DNA of 64,000 bases from Squalus acanthias (Eukaryota). The DNA is taken from positions 434,001 through 498,000 of the forward strand of contig JASTWF010000343.1 of NCBI GenBank assembly GCA_030390025.1, in the 5' to 3' direction. Position 1 is the first letter of the stretch. Each line of letters begins with the position of its first letter. Of this stretch, positions 23,050-34,864 are shown piece after piece. A model generated the notes under the pieces. It saw nothing but the letters and a program-made list of their open reading frames with translations, did not search any database and was not told where the DNA came from. Both the position numbers and the translations under genes were made by a program.

Positions 23050-23699
23050 GGTGCGGGTGTCCTTGTGTCTCTCCAGGTTGGACGATCAGTTGAAGCCTCG
23101 TCCACACACAGAACACGTGTACGGTTTCTCCCCGCTGTGAACGGTGCGATGTTTTTTCAGGCTGTGTAACTGGTTAAAGCTCTTTCCATAGTCAGTGCAC
23201 TGGAACACTCTCACTCGGGTGTGTGTGTCTCGGTGCTTTACCAGTCACACTGACGTTTGAAATCTTTTCCCACAGACAGAACAGACAAACATTTCTCCTT
23301 CCATATTCAAAGGCCGATGATATTCAGGTCCTGATGAATGGAGTGACTCTGTCAGATCTTGTTGTGATGTTTGGTTTGAGTTTCCCGTCTGTAAATCTTC
23401 CTCTTCTAATACCCTATAAAAGGAGTTTACAAAAGTCATCACTGTAAGCACAGGATAGAAATTCAGAACAGACAATTCTAGTTTCTGTGGAACATTCTTT
23501 CCTCTCTTGTTCCCCCAAAGCTGTAAATCCCCATCCCACACACTCTCCCTCCTCCCTGTGCTGAAATCCAAACCCATCGCACCATCTCCAACATTTCTTT
23601 CCTCTACTCCCAGTTTTCTCCCTCCCTCTACTCTGGTTGGGTTCAGTTCGACACCCGCTGTGTGCAGAGTGAGAATAAAATCAATGAGTCAATGATTTT

Positions 23700-24340
23700 C
23701 TCTCCCGCCCACTCCCTGTTCCTGTACCAAGATGGCCGCGCATGCGCCCTGCTGCGGGTGGAACCGGTCTGTCTTTCCTCCACTAAGATGGCGGCGCGTA
23801 ACCCGGGCCTGTCACCGAGAAAAAGCCTCACCGCTGCCGTCCGGCGGAACACAGACCGGGCCGCTGGATCTCATTCGGGCCTGAGGCCGTTCTCCAACTT
23901 TATAAACCCTGCGGCGCGGCCTACCCGCAGTTTATTAATCTCCCGACCCCGCTCCTACCGACCTGCTGCTCCGCCCGGCGACCGCGCGGGGCTTTCTTTG
24001 TAAAGTCGGTGAGGGACACGTGACCCAGGCCCGCTGTCTGATTGACGGGAACTTCCGACCAATAGGGAGCGAGCGGGGCGGGGCTGGAGGAGCGAGTCAG
24101 GGCTGGAGGAGCGAGTCGGCGGCAGGTCCTCCAACCAATCGGGAAGCCCGAGGGGCGGGACTAGCGCCGGCTGATTGTCTGATCCGCGGGGCAGCGAGTT
24201 TCTCCAGTCCCTTGTTCAGGGCCCGGGGCCAGGGGAGGCTGTGGGCCTTTATTCCCCTTATTGGACACAAGGCTCTTTGTCTCACAACACACTGGCTCAG
24301 ATTTTAATACAGACTTTTTAAATTCATGAATAAAAGCCGT
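23700..24340 (-). promoter_or_regulatory. CpG-island promoter/exon 1 of ZNF-D
   Basis: CAAGATGGCCGC ~23728 and AAGATGGCGGC ~23785 (YY1); GCGCATGCGC ~23738 (NRF1); CACGTGAC 24017; CCAAT at 24059 and 24135; GC boxes. Confidence 0.65.
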
Positions 24341-24704
24341 TAAACCTCGTGGAACAAAATATTTAATATTTGGGAGTAAAAATACTGTTATTTTTCCTCT
24401 GTGGAATTTGTTAGTTTCAGACAATAACAACGATTTGTATTTATATAACGTCTTTAACGTAGTAAAATGTCCCAACGCGCTTCACGGGAGCGTTATAAAA
24501 CAAAATTTGACACCGGGTACAAACCAAGCATATTCCCATAAGGAGGAAAGATGGGGCGTCCAAAGCTCGAGCTCCCTGTATGACAAAGGATATAGAGGTT
24601 AGAATAAAACAGAAAAAGGAGGTTTACGACAAATGTCAGGTACAGAATACAGTCAAAAACCAGCAGAATACAGAGAGTGGGGGGAAATTGAAAAAGGATA
24701 TATG

Positions 24705-25107
24705 AAAGAAAGACTTGCATTTATATAGCGCCTTTCACAACCACCGGACATCTCAAAGCTCTTTACAGCCAATGAAGTACTTTTGGAGTGGAGTCACTGT
24801 TGCAATGTGGGAAACGCGGCAGCCAATTTGCGCTCAGCAAGCTCCCACAAACAGCAATGTGATAATAACCAGATGATCTGTTTTTGTTATGTTGGTTGAG
24901 GGATAAATATTGGCCAGGACACCGGGGATAACTCCCCTACTCTTCTTCAAAATAGTGCCATGGGATCTTTTACATCCACCTGAGAGCAGACGGGGCCTCA
25001 GCTTAAAACCTCATTAGAAAGACGGCACCTCCGACAGTGCAGCATTCCCTCAGCACTGCACTGGAGTGTCAGCCTAGCTTTATGTGTTCAAGTCCCTGGA
25101 GTGGGAT
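24705..25107 (-). mobile_element. DeuSINE (SacSINE1-like), head truncated
   Basis: Reverse complement of 28225-28738, including the Deu-like core GCACTGTCGGAGGTGCCGTC..AAAGATCCCATG and an L2-like tail. Confidence 0.8.
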
Positions 25108-25697
25108 GAAAAAATAAATTATATATATATGTATGTGAAAGGGGCCGGGGTTATGATCTGAAGTTGTTGAACTGTATGTTGAGTCCAGAGGGCTGTAGAG
25201 TGCCTAAACGAAAGATGAGGTGCTGTTCCTGGAGCCCTCGGCCTGTCACTTTAATTCTCTGCTCCATTCCCACTCTGACCTCACCGTCCTCGGCCTCTTG
25301 CATTGTTCCATGGAAGCTCAGCGTAAGCTCGAGGAACAGCACCTCATCTTTTGTTTAGGCACTCTTTAGGGAACAATTTCAGATCATAACCCTGGGCCCT
25401 ATCACATATATATATATTTTTTTCATCCACCCTTTTGTTTGGCCTTTTTTTCTTCCCTCCCTGAAGCTGGCAGCTGTCCTTCATTCTGCCAGCGCATTTC
25501 ACACTTCATCTGGCCTCAACCTGTCACATTACCACCTCCTCTTGCCTTGAATATCTCTTAATGTCTCTTAATCTCTCCTACATTCTACCCTACCACCGAC
25601 CTTCCATTTTGTTCTTTCATCCCCTCCCCCTTTTCCCAGCCCTAACTTGCTTTAAATCTATTTCATTTCCTGCCTTTTTCCAGTTCTGACGAAAGGC
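25108..25697. mobile_element. Penelope-like 3' fragments in inverted (fold-back) arrangement
   Basis: EQHLIFRLGTLQP coding remnant on both strands (25140-25235 minus, 25240-25400 plus); ends in truncated CAGTTCTGACGAA; homologous to 34280-34730. Confidence 0.75.
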
Positions 25698-25699
25698 CC

Positions 25700-26153
25700 A
25701 TATCCCTTAATACCTTTGGGTAACAAAAACCTATCAATCTCAGATCTCGCATCAATTGCCGTTTGCGGAAGAGAGTTCCAAACTTCTACCACCCTTTGTG
25801 TGTAGAAGTGTTTCCTAATTTCACTCCTGAAAGGTCTGGCTCTAATTTTTAGACTATGCCCCGAGTCCTAGAATCCCCAACCAGCAGAAATAGTTTCCCA
25901 CTATCTAACCTATCTGTTCCCCTTAATATCCTGAAAACGTTGATCAGATCACCCCTTAACCTTCTAAATTCTAGGGATAACAACCCTAATTTGTGTAATC
26001 TCTCCCCGTAACTTAACCCTTGAAGTCCGGGTATCATTCTGGTAAACCTGCGCTGCACTCCCTCCAAGGCCAATATATTCTTCCTAAGGTGTGGTGCCCA
26101 GAACTGCTCACAGTACTCCAGGTGTGGTCTAACCAGAGCTTTGTACAGCTGCA
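25700..26153 (-). mobile_element. CR1 LINE 3' fragment
   Basis: LYKALVRPHLEYCEQFWAP..RRLRGDLI in ORF 25849-26199. Confidence 0.85.
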
Positions 26154-26159
26154 GGGTTT

Positions 26160-26712
26160 TGGCCTCAGCTGGAGTCTTGTGTACAGTTCTGGGCACCACA
26201 CTTTAGGAAGGATGTCAAGGCCTTGGAGAGGGTACAGAGGAGGTTGACCTGGATGGTACCAGGGATGAGGGACTTCAGTGATGTGGAGAGATTGGAGAAG
26301 CTGGGATTGTTCCCCTTAGAGCAGAGAAGGTTAAGAGGAGACCTAATAGAGGGGTTCAAAATGATGAGGGGTTTTGATCGAGCAAGTAGGGAGAAACTGT
26401 TCACTCTGGCAAGTGGGTCGGTAACCAAAGGTCACAGATTTAAAATAGTTGCTAAAAGAACTAGAGGTGAATGAGGAGAATTGTTTTCACACAGAGGGTT
26501 GTTAAGATCTGGAACGCACCATCTGAAAGGATGCTGGAATCAGGTTCCACAGGAACTTTCAAACGGTGATTGGACGTGTACTTGAAGAGGACTAGTTTGC
26601 AGAGTTCTGGGGATAAAGCTGGGGTTTGGGACTAAATTGGACAGTTCTTTCAAAGAGCCGGCACAGACACGATGGGCCGAATCACCTCCTTCTGTGCTGT
26701 TAGATTCTATGA
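26160..26712 (+). mobile_element. CR1 LINE 3' fragment with tail
   Basis: ERVQRRLT..EQRRLRGDLIE; tail TTCTGTGCTGTTAGATTCTATGA abuts the ZNF pseudogene. Confidence 0.85.
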
Positions 26713-27603
26713 TCAGTGTGAAGACGCTGGTGTCCTTTAAGGTTCTTAGAGCTTTTAAAGCTCTTCCCACAGTCAGAACATTTAAAGGGTCTCTCGTCAG
26801 TGTGAACTCGCTGGTGTGTCTGCAGGTTGGATGAGTGAGCGAATCCCTTCCCACACTCGAAGCAGGTGAACGGCCTCTCATCAGTGTGAACAAGCTGGTG
26901 TCCCTTCAGATCCCCGGAACTTTTAAAGCTCTTCCCACAATCAGGACAGTTAAACGTCCTCTCATCAGTGTGAAGTCGCTGGTGTCCCTTCAGCTCCCGG
27001 GGGCGTTTAAAGCTCTTCGCACAGTCAGGGCATTGAAATGGCCTCTCATCAGTGTGAACTCGCTGGTGTCCCTTCAGATGCCGAGGGCTTTTAAAGCTCT
27101 TCCCACAGTCAGAAGAGTTAAATGGTCTCACATCGGTGTGAACAAGCTGGTGTCCCTTCAGATCCCGGAGCTTTTAAAGCTCTTCCCACAGTCAGAACAT
27201 TGAAATGGTCTCTCGTCACTGTGAACTCGCTGGTGTGTTTGCAGGTGGGAGGTACAAACAAATCCCTTTCCACACACGGAGCAGGTGAACGGACTGTCCC
27301 TGGTGTGACTGCGCCGTTGAACTTCTATTGCAGACGGGGAACTGAATCCCTTCCCACCGTCCCCACCTTTACCCGGTTTCTCCCCGGTGTGACGGTGCAC
27401 GTGTCTCGCCAGGTCAGGCGATCGGCTGAATCCGCGTCCACACACCGAACATGTGTACGGTTTGTCATCGCTGTGATCGCTGCTTTCTCCTTCCATGTGC
27501 AAAGGCCGATGATATTCAGGTCCTGATGAATCGTGCGACTCTGTCAGATCTTGACGATGTTAGGTCTGAGCTTCCCGTCTGTAACTGCTCCACTTCTATA
27601 ACT
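26713..27603 (-). pseudogene. C2H2 zinc-finger pseudogene (MEGES-type), frameshifted and 3'-truncated by CR1
   Basis: ATG 27496; frameshift near 27165 between ORFs 27158-27502 and 26700-27131; Cys->Gly/Ser losses; acceptor 27605-27604. Confidence 0.8.
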
Positions 27604-27749
27604 CTGTAAATCAAGTTCAGAAAAGGATCAGAGACAAACGGTTGTTTAATTTTCCCCTTTCCCCTAGGGGCAGTGAAGCTGATCTTCAGGCTCCAGCTGC
27701 TGCACAGGTTGGTTGAAAGGATCAGCAGTAATGGCGGCTGCAATACCCA

Positions 27750-28030
27750 CAAACCCCGGCGCTCCAGAAAGCGCTCTGTTGACGCTGAGTCCCGCCCATG
27801 TGCTCATGGCCCCCGCGCTCTCCCTCCTGCTCAACAATCGCCCGTCCCGATCGGTCCACAACGCGCATGCTCAGCACACAAAACCCTGCGGTTGGAACAT
27901 CGGGTGCGCATGCGGAGCCGCAACATCTGATACGTGTGCGCGGCTGAGGTGGGGGCGAGTCGGTGTTTCGCCTCAGCCGCCAGGGAGGTGCGCCTGCGCA
28001 GGACGACCCAACAGTCTTCCTGTCAGCAAT
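27750..28030 (-). promoter_or_regulatory. CpG-rich NRF1-motif region upstream of the ZNF pseudogene
   Basis: GCGCATGC ~27863, TGCGCATGCG ~27905, TGCGCCTGCGCA ~27989; homologous to 5850-5940. Confidence 0.5.
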
Positions 28031-28047
28031 CACTCCCTCGTTTCTTC

Positions 28048-28150
28048 AATAAAAACAGAAAATGCTGGAAATACTCAGCAGGTCAGGCAGCATCTGTGGA
28101 GAGAGAAACAGAGTTAACGTTTCAGGTCGATGACTCTTCGTCAGAACTGC
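28048..28150 (-). mobile_element. Solo Penelope-like terminal repeat containing a hammerhead motif
   Basis: Reverse complement of 34716-34815; minus strand AGTT-CTGACGA-A-GAGTC-ATC-GACCT-GAAA-CG-TT-AACT (28148-28112). Confidence 0.75.
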
Positions 28151-28159
28151 TTGTCCTTT

Positions 28160-28738
28160 AGTGTCAGCCAGTGGCTCAGTTGGTAGCACTCTCGCCTCTG
28201 AGTCAGAAAGTTGTGGGTTCAAGTCCCACTCCAGAGACTTGAGCACAGGAATCCAGGCTGACACTCCAATGCAGTGCTGAGGGAGTGCGGCACTGTCGGA
28301 GGTGCCGTTTTTTGGAACATTTGAGACATTAAACCCTGTCTGCTCTCTCAGGTGGATATAAAAGATCCCATGATACTATTTCGAGAAAGAAAGACTTGCA
28401 TTTATACAGTGCTTTCATGACCACCAGACGTCCCAAAGTGCCTTACAGCCAATGAAGTACTTTTGAGGTGTAGTCACTGCTGTAATATGGGAAAGAGCAG
28501 GGGAATTCTCCCCGATGTCCTGGCCAATGTTCATCCCTCAATTAACATAACAAAATGATAGATTATCTGCTCATTATCACGTTGCTGTTTGTGGGAGCTT
28601 GCTGTGCGTTAATCGACTGCTGCGTTTCCCACATTACAACAATGACTACACTTCAAAAAGTACTTCATTGGCTGTAAAGTGCTTTGGGACGTCCGGTGGT
28701 GGTGAAAGGCGCTATATAAATGCAAGTCTTTCTTTCTT
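28160..28738 (+). mobile_element. Full-length DeuSINE (SacSINE1-like) with a nested antisense tail copy
   Basis: A box TGGCTCAGTTGG, B box GGTTCAAGTCC, Deu-like core, tail AAAGGCGCTATATAAATGCAAGTCTTTCTTTC; inverted tail at ~28385-28493. Confidence 0.8.
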
Positions 28739-28769
28739 CACTGGTCTCACCAGCGACCTCTTCTGGCTG

Positions 28770-29470
28770 ATGGTTGAGAGTCCGCACATGCGCACGCGGG
28801 ACGGCGGTTTGTGCTGATTCCGGCACAGCGACCCCTCCCGGTCATCAAGGGTAACAACCGCGCATGCCCAGAGGAGACCAAGCCCCCTGCCCCACCCGGA
28901 ACTGCGACTGCGCGGTAGGATCCTGGCAGACGGAGTCGGCGCGGGGCATTCCGGGGAAAGGCCTTGGTGTCGGTTGCAGAGTCGCGATCGGTGACGCAAA
29001 GTAAGTTTTCTCCGCTCCGATTGGGTGATGAATCGCGCGGGATGGGGGGGAGGGGTGGATCGGGAGAGAATAAAGAAAAATAGAAAAACCTGAGAGTCCG
29101 CGAGGCCCCGGACCGAGCGGCGTCAGTTGTTTGGAGCACGTGATCTCCTCGGGGACCCGTGACCCGGGCCCGCGGCCTGATTGACGGGAGCTTCCGACCA
29201 ATAGGGAGCGAGCGGGGCGGGGCTGGAGGAGCGAGCCGGCAGCGGGTCCTCCAACCAATCGGGGAGCCCGAGGGGCGGGACTAGCGCCGGCTGATTGCCT
29301 GATCCGCGGGGCACCGAGTTTCTCCAGTCCCTTGTTCAGGGCCCGGGGCCAGGGGAGGCTGTGGGCCTTTATTCCCGTTATTGGACACAAGGCTCTTTGT
29401 CTCACAACACACTGGCTCAGATTTTAATACAGACTTTTTAAATTCATGAATAAAAGCAGATAAACTCCGT
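28770..29470 (-). promoter_or_regulatory. CpG island carrying a second copy of the ZNF-D promoter module
   Basis: 29150-29460 is near-identical to 24017-24340; CCAAT at 29198 and 29255. Confidence 0.65.
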
Positions 29471-29502
29471 GCTTCTGTGGCACAAACTTTCTAATATTTT
29501 CC

Positions 29503-31700
29503 AGAATCATAGAATGGTTACAGCACAGAAGGAGGCCATTCAGCCCGTCGAGCCCGTGCCGGCTCTCTGCAAGAGCACTTCAGCTAGTCCCACTCCCCGC
29601 CCTTTCCCCGTAGCCCTGCAAATTCTGTAGTTCATCCATGCAGTCTTTGAATGTTTGCCATTGCCTATCCACCGTCAACCCTTTGAGTGACATTCCCCAA
29701 TCAATCCTACCCAATTCGCGCCTCATACCATCGTAGTTTCCGTTATTTAAATTCAGGACCCTAGTCTCTGATTCAACTACTTCACTCTCCATCCTAATGA
29801 AGAATTCTATCATATTATGATCACTCTGACCCAAGGGGCCTCGTACAACAAGATCGCTAATTAATCCTTATCGTTACATAATACCCAGTCTAAGATGGCC
29901 TGATCTCTGGTTGGTTCCTCGACATATTGTTCCAGAAAACCATCCCGTAAACATTCTAGGAATTCCTCCTCCACAGTATTTTTACTCATTTGGTTAGCCC
30001 AATCTATATGTAAATTAAAGTCATCGATGATGACTGCCGTGCCCTGACTGCATGCTTCTCTAATTTCCCTTTTAATGCCGTCCCCAACCTTCGTATTACT
30101 GTTTGGAGGTCTATATACCACTCCCAACGTTTTCTGCCCCTTGTTATTTCTCAGTTCTAGCCATACAGATTCCGCATCATCAGAGCTAATATCCTTCCTT
30201 TCAATTGTGTTAATCCCCTCTTTAACCAGCAATGCTACCCCACCTCCCTTTCTTTTTTGCCTATCTTTCCTAAATATTGAATAACCCTGGATTTTGAGTT
30301 CCCAGCCTTGGCCACCCTGGAGCCATGTTTCTGTAATCCCAATCAACTCGTATTCATTTACCTCTATTTGTGCAGCTAATTCATCCACCTTGTTCCGAAT
30401 GCTCCTTGCATTAAGACACAAAGCCTGCAGGCTTGTTTTTTTAACGCTCTCAGACCTATATGAATTATTATTTACTGTGACCATGTTTGATTTAAACCAT
30501 TGAGTTCTTTGCCTTCTACTTTTGTTTTTCTCCTTCCTGTCTTTTGCTTTTATCCTTGTTTCCCTTTCCTCTGTCTCCCTGCTCAGGTGCCCAACCCCCT
30601 GCCACTTTAGTTTAAACCCTCCCCAACAGCACTAGCAAACACTCCCCCTAGGACATCGGTCCCGGCCCTGCCCAGGTGCAGACCGTCCCGTTTGTACTGG
30701 TCCCACCTCCCCCAGAACCGGTTCCAATGTCCAAGGAATTTGAATCCCTCCCCCTTGCACCATTCCTCTAGCCACGTATTCATTTGAAATATCCTCCTAT
30801 TTCTACTCTGACTATCATGTGGCACTGGTAGCAATCCTGAGATTACTACCTTTGAGGTCCTCTTTTTTAATTTACCTCCTAACTCCCTATATTCTGCTTT
30901 TAGGACCTCATCCCGTTTTTTTACCTATATAATTGATGCCTATGTGCACCACGACAACTGGCTGTTCGTCCTCCCCCTCCAAAGTGTTCTGTAGCCGCTC
31001 CGAGACGTCATTGACCCTTGCAGGGAGGCAACACACCATCCTGGAGTCTCGATTGCGGCTGCAGAAACGCCTATCTATTCCCCTTACAATTGAATCCCCT
31101 ATCACTATAGCTCTTCCACACTTTTTCCTCCCAGCCTGTGCAGCAGAGCCACCCATGGTGCCAGGAAGTTGGCTGCTGCCGCATTCCCCTGATAAGTCAT
31201 CCCCCCCAACAGCATCCAAAGTGGTATATCTGTTTGAGAGGGGGATGGCCACAGGGGACCCCTGCACTACCTGCCTGCACCTCTTACTCTGCCTGGTGGT
31301 CACCCATTCACTTCCTGCCTGTACACCCTTTACCTGCGGTGTGACCAACTCACTAAACGTGTTATTCACGACGTTCTCAGCGTCGCGAATGCTCCAATAT
31401 GCATCCATCCGCAGCTCCAGCGCCGTAATGCGGTCCGTCAGTAGCTGCAGCTGGATACATTTCCCACACACATGGTCGTCAGGGACACAGGAAGTGTCCC
31501 TGATTTCCCACATATTGCAGGAGGAGCATATCACGGCGCCGAGCTCTGCTGCCATGACTTACCCTTTAATTAATTAATTAAAATTAAACTAATTGAATCC
31601 CACCAATTTCACTTCAATTAAATGATATACTCAAGGGCCCTTGCTTAACAGCAGTCCCCGCTACACCACAGAGAATCTAGAAACTATAAACCACAGAATT
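29503..31700 (-). mobile_element. CR1 LINE with ORF1 (Zn-finger/coiled coil plus SGNH esterase-like) and APE; RT deleted
   Basis: ORF 30908-31555 has CSSC..CGKC and VIGDSIVR; 30607-30834 has DGLHL; APE at 29861-30484 is joined directly to the 3' tail near 29620. Confidence 0.9.
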
Positions 31701-31739
31701 TAAGTATGGAAAAAAGGAGAAAAAGAGAAATACTCACCA

Positions 31740-32500
31740 ACCATGCTAATCTCTTATGCGGGACCTTATCAAAAGCCTTTTGGAAGTCCAAATACACCAC
31801 ATCCACTGGTTCTCCCTTATCTATTTTACCAGTTACATCCTCAAAAAATTCCAGTAGATTAGTCAAGCATGATTTACCTTTTGTAAATCCATGTTGACTT
31901 TGTCAGATCCTGTCACTCTTTTCCAAGTGCTCTGCTATTACATCTTTTATAATGGACTCTAGCATTACTCAGCTCATCATCCAATGTCATGTCCATCTGT
32001 TCTATCTCCCTGGTAAATACCGAAGCAAAATAATGTTTAATATTTCTGACATCTCCCTATCGTTACCTGTGGTATTGTCCTGTCTATCCATTAATGGCCC
32101 TATTCCCATCCCAACCTGCCTGTAAAATATTGTACTATTTTGTTTTATGTTCCTTGATAATTTAATTTCATAGTTCCTCTTTGCCTTTCTAATGATTTTT
32201 TTGACTTCTCTCCTAATCCCTTCATGTTCTCTCTTATCATGCAGTCCTCTGCTGTCTATGTACTTATTGTATGCCTCTTTCCTTACCCTCAATTGTTCCC
32301 TTATGGCTTTATTCATCCATCGAGACTCATTGTTGTTTAGTTTGTTCTTTCCTTTTAGCGGAATATATTTTTCCTGCACTTTGTTGAACACCGTTTGAAA
32401 TGTTTCCCATTGCTGTTCTATGTCATTGTTTGCCAATATTGTTGCCCACTTTATCTTCCCAAGTTCTATCAGTCCCTCAAAATCAGCTTTTCTCCAAACT
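31740..32500 (-). mobile_element. CR1 ORF2 fragments
   Basis: [21 protein letters not shown] and an APE-RT linker (ORF 32002-32436). Confidence 0.8.
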
Positions 32501-32504
32501 GTTA

Positions 32505-32712
32505 ACTTTTAAATTCTCATCCTTGTTTTCAAATCCCTCCATGGCCTCAGCACTCCCTATCTCTGTAAGCACTTCCAGCTCTAGAATTCCCCGAGATATC
32601 TCTGTTCCCACAATTCTGGCCTCTTGCACATCCCCGATTCTAATGGCTCCACCATTGGCGGACGTGCCTTCAGCTGCCGAGGCCCGAAGCCCTGGAATTC
32701 CCTCCCTAAACC
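32505..32712 (+). mobile_element. L2 LINE fragment
   Basis: Reverse complement of ~48750-48955 (TTCTCATCCTTGTTTTCAAATCCCT). Confidence 0.65.
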
Positions 32713-32839
32713 TTTTTATTTATTTCGCCCTTCCCCCCATTTATTTAGGCCTTCCTCTCTCCCGAGTTCCTCCTCTCTAACCCTCTGACTTTCCGCAGTC
32801 CGATTCCCGCTTTAATGATCATCAGTGAAATATAGTTGC

Positions 32840-33055
32840 ATAACTGTAATTGGGAGCGCGGCTCCGCTTTAAGAGCGCTGTCCCGCCTCCGCTCTCTCAT
32901 TGGTTCTGGCGCCCAGCAGCGGCCCGACTCGACGGTCCGTCACAGCGGAATGATGCAATGACGCCGGGCGGGAGATTAACCGCATGGCTGTGCTCCGATT
33001 GGTCGGGGTGTGGCGGTGGTGGCGCTCAGCGATTGGTTGACCCGGCTGTCCGTTA
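32840..33055. promoter_or_regulatory. Orphan CpG-rich CCAAT cluster
   Basis: ATTGG at 32849, 32899, 32998 and 33032 with GC boxes; no associated exon recognised. Confidence 0.4.
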
Positions 33056-33059
33056 GCAG

Positions 33060-34850
33060 GTCCGTCAGTTTCCAGTTTCCTGGCCCCAACCGTCTCCTTT
33101 TCACTATGGATGTCCAATCCCTCTACACCTCCATCCCCCACCAGGATGGCCTGAGGGTGCTCCGCTTCTTCCTTGAACAGAGGCCCAACCAGTCCCCTTC
33201 CACCGCCACCCTCCTCCGCCTGGCTGAACTTGTTCTCACATTGAACTACTTCTGCTTTGACTCCACTCACTTCCTCCAAATCAAAGGTGTTGCTATGGGA
33301 ACCCGCATGGGTCCTAGCTATGCCTGCCTTTTCGTGGGATATGTGGAACATTCTTTGTCTCAGTCCTACTCAGGTCCCCTCCATCACCTCTTTTTCCGGT
33401 ACATTGATGGCTCTATCAGTCCTGTTTCCTGCTCTCGCCCTGAACTAGAAAATTTCATTCACTTTGCTTCCAATTTCCACCCTTCCCTCACCTTCACATG
33501 GTTCATCTTCGACTCTTCCCTTGACTTTTCTGCCTCCATCTCTGGGGATAGGCTATTGACAAGCATTCATTATAAGCCCACTGACTCCCACAGCTACCTA
33601 AACTAGACTTCCTCCCACCCCGCTTCCTGTAAGGACTCTATTTCATTCTCCCAGTTTCTCCGTCTCCACCGCATCTGCTCTGACGATGCCACCTTTCCAT
33701 ACTAATGCATCTGACATGTCTTTCTTTTTCCTCAACCGAGGATTCCCCTCTACTGTGGTTGACACGGCATTTGACTGTGTCCGTTCTATTTCCTGCTCTT
33801 CTGCTCTCACCCTTTCCCCTCCCTCCCGGAACCACGATAGGGTTCCCCTTGTCCTCAGCTTTCACCCCACCAGCCTCCACATTCAATGGATCATCCTCCG
33901 CCATTTCCTCCACCCCCAGCATGATCCCACCATCAAACACATCTTCCACTCACCTTCCCTTTCAGAATTCCGAAGGGACCACTCCCTCCGCGATACCTTG
34001 GCCCACTCCTCTATCACCCCCAACACCCCTTCCCCTTCGCCCGGCACCTTCCCGTGCAAGCAGGAGATGCAACACCTGCCCTTTTACCTCCACCCTTCCC
34101 ACTGTCCAGGGCCCCAAACACTCCTTCCAGGTGAAACAGCGATTTACTTGCACTTCTTGCAATTTAGTGTTATGTATTCGCTGCTCACGATGCGGTCTCC
34201 TCTACATTGGGGAAACCAAACGCAGATTGGGTCACCGCTTTGCGGAACACCTCTGTTCAGTCCGTGATCCTGAGCTTCCGGTCGCCTGTCACTTTAATTC
34301 TCCGCTCCACTCCCACTCTGACCTCTCTGTCCTCGGCCTCTTACACTGTTCCAATGAAGCTCAACGTAAGCTCGAGGAACAGCACCTCATCTTTCGATTA
34401 GGCACTTTACAGCCTTCTGGACTCAACATCGAGTTCAACAATTTCAGACCATAACCTCTGCATCTATCATTTTTTTCTCTCTCTCACATGGCAGCTGTCG
34501 ATCATTCTGCCATTGCCATTTACACTTCTTCTAGAGTCATCTTTTGTTTCTTAAGTTGTCCCATTACCATCTCCTTTTGCCTTGCACCATCATCCCTTTT
34601 GTCTCTTAATCTCTCCTGCCTTCCATACAATCACAGACCTTCCCTTTTGTTCTTTCCGCCCCCCCTCCCCCCGCGCCTACACTTGCTTAAAAACCTGTTC
34701 CATCTCCAACATTTTCCAGTTCTGACGAAGGGTCATTGACCTGAAACGTTAACTCTGTTTCTCTCTCTACAAATTCTGCCTGACCTGCTGAGTACTTCCA
34801 GCATTTTCTGTTTTTATTTCAGATTTCCAGCATCCGCAGTATTTTGTTTT
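33060..34850 (+). mobile_element. Penelope-like (Neptune-type) element, 5'-truncated and disrupted
   Basis: MDVQSLYTSIP, GVAMGTRMGPSYA, RYIDG (RT); RRCNTC linker and CSRCGLLYIGETKR..RFAEH (GIY-YIG); stops and frameshifts. Confidence 0.9.
34718..34754 (+). ncRNA. Minimal hammerhead ribozyme motif in PLE terminal repeat
   Basis: Stem I AGTT/AACT, core CTGACGA, stem II GGGTC/GACCT, GAAA, palindromic ACGT stem III. Confidence 0.7.
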
Positions 34851-34864
34851 TCTACTAATAATTT

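Noticed and set aside
28160..28235. tRNA gene
   Set aside because: A and B boxes are present but continue into a SINE body and tail; it is a tRNA-derived SINE head.
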